64,000 bases of DNA, taken from Trueperaceae bacterium. GTDB lineage: Bacteria; Deinococcota; Deinococci; Deinococcales; Trueperaceae. Below are positions 17,539-28,315 of this stretch, in pieces; position 1 is the first letter of the stretch; each line of letters opens with the position of its first letter. The stretch lies in assembly GCA_965213925.1 (NCBI GenBank), contig OZ243927.1, positions 2,912,001 to 2,976,000 of the forward strand, given 5' to 3'. Under the pieces are notes generated by a model. The model ran no database searches. It had not been told where the DNA came from and worked only from the letters and a program-made list of their open reading frames with translations. The position numbers and the translations under genes are program-made.

Positions 17539-17645
17539 GCAACTCAGCGCTTCAGCCGGTCGGCTCATTAGGTTTTTCCCTAATGAGCCGACCGGCTAGC
17601 GAGCTGAAATGCTGAAGACGCTTTTAGCACTTTAGCTCTCTATGC

Positions 17646-18842
17646 TCACCGCCTCGGCCCAGCTCCTAGTGGCGTCAGCGGCGCTTCTGCTGGAATCCGC
17701 CCAAGTTCTTTCGGTAAGGAGAGGGTCTCGAGCCTCGGCAAGACCAGCTCCCCAAAACGTTTACACTCGTCCAGACTCGGATAGCCCGAGAGGATAAAGG
17801 CGCGGATGCCCATTCTGTGGTAGCGCCTCAGCTTCTCGGTGATCTGCTCGGGGCTGCCGACAAGCGCCGCGCCGCAACCCGAACGGGCACGCCCGATGCC
17901 CGTCCAGAGGTGCGGCTCGGCGTAGCCTTCGGCGTCGGACTTTTTCCGCGCTTCGCTCTGAAGAGCGACGCCGAGCGTACGGGCGTCCAAAGCGCGGTTT
18001 TTGATCTCGGAGCCTCTGGCGTCGTCGAGTTTAGACACCAACCGCTGCGCCGCTTCACGCGCCGCCTCCTCGGTCTCTCGTACGATGACGTGGACGCGCA
18101 ACCCGTAGTCGAGGGTGCGCCCGTACGCTTCAGCCCTAGCGCTCAAATCCTCCATGTGCCCGCGCAAGTTCTCCTCGGTGTCGGGCCACATGAGGTACAC
18201 GTCGCAGTGTTCGGCGCAGAGGTCTTTGCCAGCCGGGGAGTAGCCGCCGAAGTAGAGGAGCGGTCCGCCTTGCTGGTAAGGCTTAACGGGCTCTGTCGTA
18301 TCCAGCTTGATTTTATAAAAGTCGCCCGAGAAGTCGATCGCGTCTTGCGTCCAGGCTTGCTTCAGGATTTCGATGACCTCTCGAGAGCGAGCGTACCGCG
18401 ACGCCGAGTCCAAGGTTTCGCCGGGCAAATTCGAAGAGATGATGTTGACGGTCAAACGCCCCTGGAGCATGTGGTCGAGCGTCGCGATCGCCCGCGCTAA
18501 CATCGGCGGATGGACCTCGCCGCAGCGGACGGCGGTGAGCAGGTTGATAGCTTGTGTCCTCGGCGCGACGCCCGAGGCGAAGGTCCAGGTGTCCTGCCCG
18601 ACTTGATACGACGACGGGCACAAGATATTGCGGTAGCCGAGCTTGTCAGCCCTTAGGAGGACGTCCGCGCAGTGCGCGAAGGTTGATTTTAGGCGGTCGT
18701 CGGGCACGCCCAAAAACTCGTAGTCGTCGTCGCATAGGGGGGCGAACCAGGCGACTTCCGCGCCCGTGAGATGCTCGGAGCGGACGTTGACGCGAGGCGG
18801 TTTGGCGTCTTGGGCCGTGACCTCTTGTTTAGATGCCAACAT
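17646..18842 (-). CDS. LLM-class flavin-dependent monooxygenase (SsuD-like)
   Basis: [47 protein letters not shown]. Confidence 0.85.
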   Translation of the reverse strand: MLASKQEVTAQDAKPPRVNVRSEHLTGAEVAWFAPLCDDDYEFLGVPDDRLKSTFAHCADVLLRADKLGYRNILCPSSYQVGQDTWTFASGVAPRTQAINLLTAVRCGEVHPPMLARAIATLDHMLQGRLTVNIISSNLPGETLDSASRYARSREVIEILKQAWTQDAIDFSGDFYKIKLDTTEPVKPYQQGGPLLYFGGYSPAGKDLCAEHCDVYLMWPDTEENLRGHMEDLSARAEAYGRTLDYGLRVHVIVRETEEAAREAAQRLVSKLDDARGSEIKNRALDARTLGVALQSEARKKSDAEGYAEPHLWTGIGRARSGCGAALVGSPEQITEKLRRYHRMGIRAFILSGYPSLDECKRFGELVLPRLETLSLPKELGRIPAEAPLTPLGAGPRR

Positions 18843-19816
18843 CAGGGAACGCTCTCCCCTCGCGCCGCTTCTAACAGGCGGTACCACTCTCTGCGCGTGA
18901 GTTCGACCTCATCAGCTTGAGCGCAACTTTCCAAGCGTGAAGTCTTCTCGGTGCCTAAAATTGGCTGGATACCCATCGGATGACGCAAAAGCCACGAGAG
19001 CGCGATAGCCTCTTTGCTCGTTTCCTTTTCTCCAGCGAGTTTGGCGATGAGGTCCGCTGTGTCACGCTCGTTCTGCGGCGCGTCGTCGGAGGGCTTGAAG
19101 AGCCGCCCGCCCGCGACGGGCGACCAGGCTTGAATCATGACGCCCTTCAAGCGGCAATACTCCAGAGTTCCGTCCGTGTGGGCAAAAGGCGCGTCCGTGC
19201 GGTTGACTAAGATACCGTTGCTGATGAGATAAGGGTGCAGGAGGCTCAGCTCGAGCTGATTGACCACCAGCGGATAGTCAATGTGATTTTGGAGCAGTTC
19301 GAGCTGCGCCGCGCTGTGGTTGCTCACCCCGAAGTAGCGCACCATGCCCTCTTTATGCAGGTGCTCCGCCGCCCGCGCCACCTCCTCTAAATCGACGAGC
19401 GGGTCGGGGCGGTGAAAGGCTAAGAGGTCGACGTAATCGGTGCCCAAACGCTGCAAACTCGTCTCCACCGCCTGAACGAGATGGTCGGACGAGAAGTCGT
19501 AGCGCGAGGGCTGCCCGAAGTCGGGGTCGTCACCGATGACGATACCCGCTTTGGCTTGTAGGACGAGCTTGTCGCGCAGGTCGGGGTTTTGTTTGAGGGC
19601 GTAGCCGACCACCTCGTCAGACTTGCCGAGCGTATAGATATCGGCTAAGTCGACGTGGTTGATGCCGAGTTCGTACGCCTTGACGATAAGGTCGTTTGCC
19701 CTCGTCCTTATCTCGTCCGTAGGCGGCGTCTTGTCCCAGGTGCCGCCTAAATGCCAGGTGCCGTAAGCGAGGCGACTGACCTTTAAGTCGGTGTGGGGGA
19801 TGACGTACTGCTTCAT
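18842..19816 (-). CDS. Aldo/keto reductase (YdhF-like)
   Basis: DLADIY, HRPDPL, FGVSNH, NQLELS, AWSP motifs. Confidence 0.9.
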   Translation of the reverse strand: MKQYVIPHTDLKVSRLAYGTWHLGGTWDKTPPTDEIRTRANDLIVKAYELGINHVDLADIYTLGKSDEVVGYALKQNPDLRDKLVLQAKAGIVIGDDPDFGQPSRYDFSSDHLVQAVETSLQRLGTDYVDLLAFHRPDPLVDLEEVARAAEHLHKEGMVRYFGVSNHSAAQLELLQNHIDYPLVVNQLELSLLHPYLISNGILVNRTDAPFAHTDGTLEYCRLKGVMIQAWSPVAGGRLFKPSDDAPQNERDTADLIAKLAGEKETSKEAIALSWLLRHPMGIQPILGTEKTSRLESCAQADEVELTRREWYRLLEAARGESVP

Positions 19817-20291
19817 AGCGTTCCTTCCTATGCTGGGCTTTTGCTAAGTGTGCGGCACCCCGCTACCCCTTTAACGGCTTCCGCCGCAGAACGTAAAACT
19901 GCAACGTGCGAAGGTACCCGCACCCGCAACCCTGTCATATAACTCGCTATTATGGCGAATTTTTGTACAGGGATGGTGGGGAACCTTAACGTAAGGGTAC
20001 ATCTCGAGCCTAAACGCCCTAAATATGATAGGGGAAACGCACTAAACTGGACCACCTAGGTCAAGCGACTCGAGGAGAAGCGTTGCTTTTTGAAACATTC
20101 TCGAAGGAGTGTTTGCGAAAGAGGTTGAAAGCGTTTCAACCTCTTTTGTTTTGAGCGAAGGAGTCCTCAACCGGGTGTTGCTTCGCAATATTTCGTACAA
20201 TGATGCCGTTATAGACACCCGTTGCACCCATGAGAGGATGCGACCTCCTGCTTGGACGTTGAGGCTGGTAGAGGAATGCCCTAAAACGGTG

Positions 20292-22222
20292 CTACTTGGC
20301 TAGCTCGAGCCCATGTCCCTCAGCTAAAAACCCTTCCGCCTCTTCCTTGTCCATCGGCTTGGAGAAGAAGTAGCCTTGCACGAAGTCGCACTCCAACCCC
20401 TTGAGCTGCGCTAGCTGCGCCGCCGTCTCGACCCCTTCAGCGACGACGTGCATCCCTAGAGCACGCGCCATCGAAAGGATGGTGCTCACCAGCTCTGCGC
20501 CCCCGCTGCTGTCCATCTTTTGAACGAACGAGCGGTCGATCTTGAGCGTATCGGCGGGCAAGTCCTGCAGGTACGACAGGGACGAGTAGCCCGTACCGAA
20601 GTCGTCGATATGGAGTTTTACGCCCAAAGCGCGAAGTTCTTCTAAGGAGGCTTTCGCGGCTGGGCTGCGGTTCATCATGACGCCCTCGGTGATCTCCAAC
20701 TTGAGGTGCTCAGCGCGGAGCCCCGTCTCCTCTAAAACGGAGGCGACGTATGCTACGAGGTCCTCTTGCGCGAACTGCTGTGACGAGAGGTTGACGCTCA
20801 GGGTGAGCGGGCGCTGCGACGGGTAGAGAAGCTGCCACTGCACGACTTGTCTGCACGCTTCGCGCATGACGTAGCGGTCGATGGCGATGATCAGCTCGGA
20901 CTCTTCAGCCACGGGGATGAACTCGGCGGGCGAGATGAGACCGTACTCGGGGTGATGCCAACGCACTAACGCTTCAAAGCCGCTAAGCGAGCCTCTCTGC
21001 GCCGAAACGATCGGCTGATAGTTGACCTGAAGCTCGCAGCACGCCACCGCGAAGCGCAGGTCGGCTTCTAAGGTCATGAGCATAAGCGCCCTTTCGCGCA
21101 TCTCGGCGTCGAACAGGGCGTAACGCGCCTTGCCGAGCGATTTAGCACGGTTTAGAGCGATGTCCGCGTCACGCATGATCTCGTCGACATGGGTATAGCG
21201 CTGCGCCGAGTTCGCGGAGCCCTGCGAAGCGACGACGCCGATGCTCGCGGAGGTATACACCTCATGCTCGCCGAGTTGGATAGGCGTGAGAAGTTCGCGC
21301 TGGATGCGTTCGGCAACCGCCACCGCCTCGTCAACGCTGCCGACGTCCTCTAAGAGAACCGCGAATTCGTCGCCGCCTAACCTCGCGACGGTGTCCGCGG
21401 GACGAATCCAGGTGCTCAGGTTCGCCGCGATCTCCTTGAGGAGCGCGTCCCCTACCGTATGTCCCAAGCTGTCGTTGATGATTTGAAGCGGTCGAAGTCC
21501 AGAGAGAGCACCGCGAAGTGGTGGTCGGGGTTGCGCCGTTCACGCTCTAAAGCGTGCGTCAAACGGTCGTTGAAAAGGGCCCGGTTCGCAATACCCGTGA
21601 GGCTGTCGTGGAAGGCGTCGTGCAGGAGCCTCTCGTTAGCTAGGGCGAGTTCGGCGGTGCGCTCTAAGACGCGCTGCTCCAACTTCTGATTCGCTTCCGC
21701 TAACGCCTCGTTCGCCCTTTCCAGCGCCTCCTCCGCCTCGACACGCGCCGTGATATCTTGCTGCACGCCGATGAAGTGGGTGAGTTCTCCCTCGCCGCTG
21801 TAGACGGGCGAAATGATGAGTTCATTCCAGAAAGCCGCGCCATCTTTGCGGTAGTTCTTGAGCACGACCTTGCAGTGCTCGCCGTAGTGGATGGCGTCGC
21901 GGACGCGCTGTACCGCAGCCGGGTCGGTCTCTGGTCCCTGTAAGAAGCGGCAGCTTCTGCCGAGCACCTCATAGGGCTGATAGCCCGTGATGGCGGTGAA
22001 CGCCTCGTTGCAGTAGATGAGCGGACGCTCGCTACGGCTGGCGTCGGCGATCGTGACGCCGCTGCTCGTCGCAGCTAAAGCGCGCTCTTGCACGCGCATG
22101 ATGTCCTCCAGCCAGTTCGCTTTCTCGGTCAAACTCAGGTCCAGGTCGCAGTGCCATAAGGACTCGAGCGCCGCACGCCCGCTACGCACCATCTCAGCTT
22201 CAACGTTTTCACCCGTCGTCAT
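20292..22222 (-). pseudogene. PAS(LOV-like)-GGDEF-EAL protein, frameshifted near 21483
   Basis: 21452-22222 carries GRSCRFLQ and the GGDEF start; 20292-21467 carries GGDEF and EAL; the junction TTCAAATCATCAACGAC lacks one A of FK-IIND. Confidence 0.8.
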
Positions 22223-22275
22223 GACATCACCTTAAAGTGTACCCTCTTACGAAATTCTTACCGACGCTTAGAAAA

Positions 22276-22326
22276 AACTAAATCACTAGATTTATAGTTG
22301 ACAATGAGTAACACTACCGCTATGCT
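22276..22326 (+). promoter_or_regulatory. sigma70 promoter with overlapping ArsR-type operator
   Basis: TTGACA (22298)-17 nt-TATGCT (22321), GTG 6 nt later; AACTA-N14-TAGTT at 22276-22299. Confidence 0.7.
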
Positions 22327-22332
22327 AAGCGT

Positions 22333-22647
22333 GTGGAAGACGTTCGCGCCGCCGCCGCATTAGACGCCCTCGGCAACCCGGTACGCCTCGAGCTTTACCG
22401 CGTTTTGGTCCGCGCGGGCACGCCTGGGCTCAACATCAGCGAGTTGCAGCGTAAGGTGGGCGGCGTCCCTCGCTCGACGCTCGCGCATCACCTGCAAAAG
22501 CTCTCCCTAGCGGGGCTTATCCAGCAAGAGAAGGACGGCGCAAGCGTGCTGAGCCGCGCCAACTACGCTGCGATGAGTGCGCTGGTCAGTTACCTCACCG
22601 AAGAATGTTGCGTCGACGAATGCCGTACACAAGAGGAGGCGGCCTGA
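22333..22647 (+). CDS. arsR: ArsR/SmtB-family regulator with C-terminal CC (arsenic-sensing type)
   Basis: ALGNPVRLELYRVLVRAG..G...STLAHHL...YLTEECC. Confidence 0.8.
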   Translation: MEDVRAAAALDALGNPVRLELYRVLVRAGTPGLNISELQRKVGGVPRSTLAHHLQKLSLAGLIQQEKDGASVLSRANYAAMSALVSYLTEECCVDECRTQEEAA

Positions 22648-22672
22648 CCTTGCTATTTTTTTGACCGTAAAC

Positions 22673-22696
22673 AACTAATAACTTAGTTATTTAGTT
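22673..22696. promoter_or_regulatory. Second ArsR-type operator
   Basis: AACTAATAACTTAGTTATTTAGTT (AACTA-N14-TAGTT), just after TTGACC. Confidence 0.6.
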
Positions 22697-22708
22697 AAGG
22701 AGAACAGC

Positions 22709-23257
22709 ATGAACACTCGAGACTTCCTAGATACCCTAGCCCCCCACGAAGAGCACACACTCACCTTCGACTTAGGTCATGGACGCATCCACCCCGGTTA
22801 TCACGTTACGGAGATCAAGGCGGTGAGCGTTCAGGGGATGGACTGCGGTGGACAGGGCGACGCTTGGTCTGAAACGGTCGTGCAACTCTGGACGCCTGGT
22901 GGGTCCACCGAGGAAAACACTAAGGGAAATATGCACGTCAGTAAATTTTTGAGTATCTATCACCGTGTAGCGTCGCAGATTCCGGTTGCGGGAGAGGCGG
23001 AGGTGAGGCTCGAGTATGGGGACAACGGCGAACCTGCTATCAGCTACTTCGTGAGCGAGGTTCAGGTCGAAGGTCGAGAGGTCGTGGTGAGGTTGGAGCC
23101 GCCTTTCGTGGTCTGTAAAGAGCTGGAACGGTGCGGCGGTGACTTTTGCAATCAGTCCGCCAATCTAAACAACCTCTCCGTCATCAGCCCGGCGTCCGAA
23201 TGCTGCACGCCCGCGCCAGCACAGAACTCGGCAGAACAGACCACGTGCTGTGACTAG
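22709..23257 (+). CDS. DUF6428-like Cys-rich protein
   Basis: GYHVTEIK...DCGG...W.ETVVQLW...EY; C-terminal CC pairs. Confidence 0.75.
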   Translation: MNTRDFLDTLAPHEEHTLTFDLGHGRIHPGYHVTEIKAVSVQGMDCGGQGDAWSETVVQLWTPGGSTEENTKGNMHVSKFLSIYHRVASQIPVAGEAEVRLEYGDNGEPAISYFVSEVQVEGREVVVRLEPPFVVCKELERCGGDFCNQSANLNNLSVISPASECCTPAPAQNSAEQTTCCD

Positions 23258-24359
23258 CTCCACCATCAAGTCCGAGGGCAAACCTATGCGCGTCGGTCTC
23301 TTCATGCAGCCCGTCCACCACCCGAGTGAGAACCCGACTCTCGCTCTCGAGCGGGACTTACAGCTCATCCAACACTTGGACACCCTCGGCTACGACGAGG
23401 CGTGGATAGGCGAGCACCACTCGACGGGTTGGGAGACTATAGCCTCGCCCGATATTTTCATCATGGCGGCGGCGGCGCGTACCCGCTACATCAAATTGGG
23501 CAGCGGCGTCGTGCCGCTCTCCTTACATCACCCGCTGCTCGTCGCGGACAACTACGTCCTTTTAGACCACCTGACGCGGGGTCGCGTGATGCTGGGGATG
23601 GGACCGGGCGGCGGCTTGCCGAGTGACCCACACGTGTTCGGATTAGATACGGAGACGCAGGGGCGTCGCTACACCGCAACGCTCGACGCCGTGGTGCAGC
23701 TTCTCACCACGACCGAGCCGCTGAGTTTGGAGACCGAGTGGTTCACCTTGCGTGACGCTGTGCTGCAACTCAGACCTTACACACGTCCGCACATGCCCTT
23801 AGCGCTCGTCACCGGAACGAACCGAGACACCTTAGAGCGCATCGGGCGCTACGGTACGCGCTGGTTCGTCGGGACGAGCCCGGACACCTTCGACGAGGCC
23901 TGGCGCGTCGTCGAGCGCAGCGCGCGTGAGGTCGGGCGCGAGGCAGAGCGTCATGACGCTTATCTCCCGGTGACGATGCACTTAGCCGAAACTAAGGAAC
24001 GAGCTTTAGACGACATCCGCGAGGGTGCCGCGCGGGAGCGTTACGACTTCTCCGCGCCCGTGACGGGCTCTCCCCTTCCCGATGTGCCGCGTGAGGCGTG
24101 GGCTGAGCATCTCGCTGAGAGACCGACGAGCCTCATCGGAACGCCTGAAGACGCTCTGGCGAAGATTCGCGCGCTGCGGGAGAAAACGGGTGCGGGCGGG
24201 CTGCTCATCACGAGCAAGGAGTGGGCGTCACGCGAGGCAACTTGGGGGAGCTACGAGCGTTTCGCCCGTTACGTGATGCCCGAACTCAAAGGCTCATTGG
24301 AAGGTCTAAAGAAGGCTGAAGCGGTGGCTAAACGGTTTGTGCAGCAGGAGGCTGTCTAG
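23250..24359 (+). CDS. LLM-class flavin monooxygenase (LimB-like)
   Basis: LGYDEAWIGEHHSTGWE, LDHLTRGRVMLGMGPG. Confidence 0.85.
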   Translation: MTSSTIKSEGKPMRVGLFMQPVHHPSENPTLALERDLQLIQHLDTLGYDEAWIGEHHSTGWETIASPDIFIMAAAARTRYIKLGSGVVPLSLHHPLLVADNYVLLDHLTRGRVMLGMGPGGGLPSDPHVFGLDTETQGRRYTATLDAVVQLLTTTEPLSLETEWFTLRDAVLQLRPYTRPHMPLALVTGTNRDTLERIGRYGTRWFVGTSPDTFDEAWRVVERSAREVGREAERHDAYLPVTMHLAETKERALDDIREGAARERYDFSAPVTGSPLPDVPREAWAEHLAERPTSLIGTPEDALAKIRALREKTGAGGLLITSKEWASREATWGSYERFARYVMPELKGSLEGLKKAEAVAKRFVQQEAV

Positions 24360-24363
24360 GTCC

Positions 24364-25563
24364 GTGACGCGCGGCTGGCGTATCGCCTGGGCGCTAGCCG
24401 TGACGCAGACGGTAGGCTACGGCGTCCTTTACTACACCTTTAGCGTGATGATTGCGCCGATGGAGCGCGACCTCGGCTGGTCGCGGGGCGCACTCTCGGG
24501 CGCGTTTTCCCTGGCGCTGCTCCTCTCCGGTCTCGTGGCGGTGCCGGTAGGACGCTGGGTGGATAGGCGCGGCGCGCGGGGAGTGATGACGGTGGGCAGC
24601 GGGCTCGGCGCGCTGCTCTTACTCGCTTGGTCGTTTGTGGATGACCTCGCCGCGTTCTACCTCGTCCAGGCGGGCATCGGGCTGGTGATGGCGGCGGTGC
24701 TTTATGAAGTCGCCTTTACCGTCGTCGCGGCGTGGTTTCAGCGTGAGCGTGCAGACCGGGCGAAAGCCATGCTCCTGATCACGATGATGGCAGGGCTGGC
24801 GAGTACGATCTTCGTTCCGCTCGCCACCTTTTTGGTCGAGGTGATGACCTGGCGCGAGGCGCTTAGGGTGCTGTCGCTCGTCCTGGCAATCGTGACGGTC
24901 CCGCTGCACGCGCTCGCGCTGCGGCGTCCGCGAGCGTTCAGTGGGGACTCGAGCACCTCGAACACACGCCGACGAGACGTAAGCCCCGCCGAAGCCCTGC
25001 GCGCCCCGACGTTCTGGTGGCTCACCTGCGCCTTTGCGCTCGACCGCGCCGCGATCGTGACGATCGCCGCCCACGGCGTTCCCCTCTTGCTCGGCCGCGG
25101 CTACCCGCCCTCGCTCGTCGCGGCGGCAGTGGGGTCGGTCGGGCTCATGCAGGTTCTCGGGCGATTTCTATTCACGCCGCTCACGTCGCACGTTTCCCTC
25201 CGCACCTTGAGCGCTTTCACCTTCTGCCTCCACGCGCTGGCGCTCACCTCTTTGCTCATTCTGTCAGCGACCTGGAGCGTCTGGCTCTTCGCGGCGCTTT
25301 TCGGAATGGCAAACGGCGCGAGCACGTTAGCCCGCGCCGCCCTCATCGCAGAGGTTTACGGCGCGACCCATTACGGCAGCATCAGCGGCAGCATGGCGAC
25401 GGTGATTGCAGTTGCGCAGACCGCCGCGCCCTTGGGTGCAGGCGTGCTCTTTGACCTTATGGGAGACTACAGGGTGGTCCTTTGGGGACTCACGGGCAGC
25501 ACGCTCGTTGCGGCGATGGCGGTGACGCGGGCTCGAGTCGTAATACCAGCCTACGCCGACTAA
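24364..25563 (+). CDS. MFS transporter (ArsK-like)
   Basis: ~12 hydrophobic segments; TQTVGYGVLYY, LYEVAF, GLASTIF; start codon approximate. Confidence 0.75.
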   Translation: MTRGWRIAWALAVTQTVGYGVLYYTFSVMIAPMERDLGWSRGALSGAFSLALLLSGLVAVPVGRWVDRRGARGVMTVGSGLGALLLLAWSFVDDLAAFYLVQAGIGLVMAAVLYEVAFTVVAAWFQRERADRAKAMLLITMMAGLASTIFVPLATFLVEVMTWREALRVLSLVLAIVTVPLHALALRRPRAFSGDSSTSNTRRRDVSPAEALRAPTFWWLTCAFALDRAAIVTIAAHGVPLLLGRGYPPSLVAAAVGSVGLMQVLGRFLFTPLTSHVSLRTLSAFTFCLHALALTSLLILSATWSVWLFAALFGMANGASTLARAALIAEVYGATHYGSISGSMATVIAVAQTAAPLGAGVLFDLMGDYRVVLWGLTGSTLVAAMAVTRARVVIPAYAD

Positions 25564-25608
25564 ACGCTATTCTCGCGTCCCTATGCTCGAGCCCCTACTC
25601 CCGCGCCC

Positions 25609-26763
25609 CTATTCCCTTGCCATCGCCACCGCCACCGGAATCCGCGCCGCCCGCGCCGCCGGCAAGAGCCCCGAGCCCAGCCCCATCACGAGCGCGATCG
25701 CCACCGCGAAGAGCACCAAGCGCAGCGTCAGCGCGGCGACCTCTAAGCCGATGAGGTCATCCGTGATACGGTTGATCGCCAAAATCCCGAGTCGCCCGAG
25801 CAGCACACCGAACGCCGCCCCGACGAAGCTCAGCAGCGTCGATTCGGCGAGGACCAGTCCGAACAGAAAGCGCGGCTTCGCGCCCAACGCCCGCACCACG
25901 CCGAACTCCCGCGTGCGCTCGAAGACGCTCATGAGTACGGTGTTCGCCACCGCGATCGCCCCGACGATAAGCGCAATCGCGCTGATGCCGAGCCGCACCA
26001 CGTCGCTTATCTGGATACCTTTTTCGATCACGCCTAAGACCTCTCCCCTGGTTTGAAAACCCAGCTCGGGATACGCGGCGGAGAGGTCTTGGGCAACCTC
26101 TTCCGCGCGAGCGGGCTCCGCCAAGTCGAGCGCGAAGAAGGTGACGCGGTCGGGGATGCCGATAGCGTTTTGGAGAAGCCCTAAAGGAACGAGGATGGCG
26201 TTGTCAATCAGCCCGCCCCCCGAGCGGGCGATGCCCACAATCTGAAACGTATTCTCGGGGTTGAGACGTAAGGTATCGCCGATGCTCAGCTCGTTGCGCT
26301 CCGCGGTCTGCGTACCTACGATAGCAACTTTGGCGTCGCCGTCATCCGCTGTGAGTCCGCGCCCCTCTACTATCTCGTAATCGTAGTAGATCGCGCCCAC
26401 GTCCGTCCCCGGCGGCAACCCTTGAAAGAGAAAGGAACTGCTGAGGCTAAAACCGCCCCTCGCGTAGAGAAGTAAGGGCGTGAGGTCGGTGATGCCATAG
26501 GTAGGGGCGTCTGCGCGAAGTTCGTCGGCGTAGCGAAGTGGGAGTTCGGGGACAGCCGTTAAAGAGGTCGCGTCGAAAGGACCGAAACTCACCTGCAAAT
26601 CAGGACCGATGTTGCCGATCTCTGTTGTAAAGACCTGCCGCAACCCCTCCCCGAGCGAGAGGAAAATAACGGTTGAGCCTACCGCGACGGCGATGCCTAG
26701 CGCGGTTAAAAAGGTGCGCAAAGGGCGAAGGCGGAGCGAGTTGAGGGCGAGCGACCAGATCAT
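25609..26763 (-). CDS. MacB/FtsX-type ABC permease
   Basis: RTFLTALGIAVAV, NTVLMSVFERTREFGVVRALGA, PAARAARI. Confidence 0.9.
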   Translation of the reverse strand: MIWSLALNSLRLRPLRTFLTALGIAVAVGSTVIFLSLGEGLRQVFTTEIGNIGPDLQVSFGPFDATSLTAVPELPLRYADELRADAPTYGITDLTPLLLYARGGFSLSSSFLFQGLPPGTDVGAIYYDYEIVEGRGLTADDGDAKVAIVGTQTAERNELSIGDTLRLNPENTFQIVGIARSGGGLIDNAILVPLGLLQNAIGIPDRVTFFALDLAEPARAEEVAQDLSAAYPELGFQTRGEVLGVIEKGIQISDVVRLGISAIALIVGAIAVANTVLMSVFERTREFGVVRALGAKPRFLFGLVLAESTLLSFVGAAFGVLLGRLGILAINRITDDLIGLEVAALTLRLVLFAVAIALVMGLGSGLLPAARAARIPVAVAMARE

Positions 26764-27064
26764 GAAAGGATCACACGTTAGTCTATGGCCTCACCTCTTG
26801 ATCTTTGAGATTCGGCGTTACGGTTATAGAGAGCACTTCAGCTCGTCAGCACGTTAGCTAGTAAGGGAAACCTAAAAACCTGAAATCTAGTCGAGCTGGT
26901 TATATAATCCAGTCAAGCTGGTGTACGTCAGTCCTCACGTAGTGAACGAACGGTCTCGCGTAGCGAACGAACGGTGCTGACTAGCTGACACAGGTTAGAG
27001 CGAAGCTCAAAGGTCGTTCATCCCCGAAAGGGGGCTCTTAGCCTTCACCTATGCTGAAATGCTT

Positions 27065-28210
27065 TTAAGGCAAGGCGCGCCCCGTCACCTGTCCGTTTGT
27101 ACCTAGCGTTCCCCTATCTTCACCGTCGACGGCGAAATTTACGCCGCCGCCGTTGCCTGTATGGACATAGACGGGCAGATCGAACGTGAGCGTTTCGCCC
27201 GCTTCGGCGGTGCCGTAGTAGAGCCGTTCGCCTTCGCCTCTGGCGGGACCCGCGTAGACCTCGAGCCAAGCCGGAGCGTCTACGATAAAGATCGCCGTGC
27301 CCTCCGCCGAGGTTGCTCCAGACGTCACTTCGTTCGTGCTAGCCGAGTTGCGCGGAGTCGCTTCTCCCGCAGAAACTGCTGTAGAGCCAACGGCAGGGCT
27401 CAGCGAGATATTGAGGTTGCGACTCCGCGTGAGGTCGATGGTTTGCTCCACGCTCCGGTAGCCCGTCATGCTCACCCGTACGGTGCGGTTCGCACCTGCG
27501 CGCACCGGCGCGTCCACTACGGGGCTCAGCGCGTCGAAGGGCAGACCGTCCACGCTCACATTCGCTCCAGGTGGCGTGGTGTTGACCGACAAGAGGATGA
27601 GGTCTGTGGGGGCAACGTCGGCGGAAGGTGCGGCGTCGGGTCTGACCGGGTCGGTGCTAGCTCCCGCGGGCGCAGTCGCCACCAAGGCCTCAGACGGTTC
27701 CGGCACCTCTTGTGCGTAAGGCGTCGGCTGAAAGAGCAGCGCGTTGAAGCCCCACAGCGCCAAGACGACCACGCCGACAACCAGCATGAGCGTCGTCGCG
27801 AAGCGCCCGAACGCGCTCACCCTCGGTCCAAGACGCTTAGAGGTGCGCCCTTGCGCCTCTTCATAGAAGGCAGCCTCGTTCGTTTCGAATTCCGCGAAAG
27901 CGGCGGGCGTCGCCACTTTCGCCGCTTTCGCCTCGGCTTTATGGGCGCGGCGCTGTTCCTGGCGGAAGACGTGCAGCATCCGCGTCACGTCCAAGCCGAC
28001 CGCTTGAGCGTAAAGACGCAGCGCTTTTTTCGCGTAGCTCGCTTCGGACAGTTCGGCGTAGTGTCCCGACTCCAGCGCGATAAGGTAGGAGCGCCTGACG
28101 TCGGTCAGCTCCACCAGGTCGTCCAGGCTCAGCCCCTTCGCCTCGCGCGCCTCAAACAAAATATCACCAAGCTGCCCGTTACCTCTTCTATTCATATTCG
28201 TACCGTCCAC
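27065..28210 (-). CDS. RodZ-like HTH membrane protein (HTH-TM-PEGA-DUF4115)
   Basis: LGDILFEAREAKGLSL...YLIALESG; one TM helix; TPPGANVSVDG; GNGGGV. Confidence 0.75.
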   Translation of the reverse strand: MDGTNMNRRGNGQLGDILFEAREAKGLSLDDLVELTDVRRSYLIALESGHYAELSEASYAKKALRLYAQAVGLDVTRMLHVFRQEQRRAHKAEAKAAKVATPAAFAEFETNEAAFYEEAQGRTSKRLGPRVSAFGRFATTLMLVVGVVVLALWGFNALLFQPTPYAQEVPEPSEALVATAPAGASTDPVRPDAAPSADVAPTDLILLSVNTTPPGANVSVDGLPFDALSPVVDAPVRAGANRTVRVSMTGYRSVEQTIDLTRSRNLNISLSPAVGSTAVSAGEATPRNSASTNEVTSGATSAEGTAIFIVDAPAWLEVYAGPARGEGERLYYGTAEAGETLTFDLPVYVHTGNGGGVNFAVDGEDRGTLGTNGQVTGRALP

Positions 28211-28315
28211 ACTGTCCGTTATAGTCTCTCGTTGCTTGCGGTTAAGAACTCGAGCTTACCACCTAAACCGCGCAGAGAGAACCCAGAGAGACCCGAGTCG
28301 GGACGATCGAACACA

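Noticed and set aside
26887..26975. Short duplications (AGTCRAGCTGGT x2; CGTAGYGAACGAACGGT x2)
   Set aside because: Only two copies each and no supportable function.
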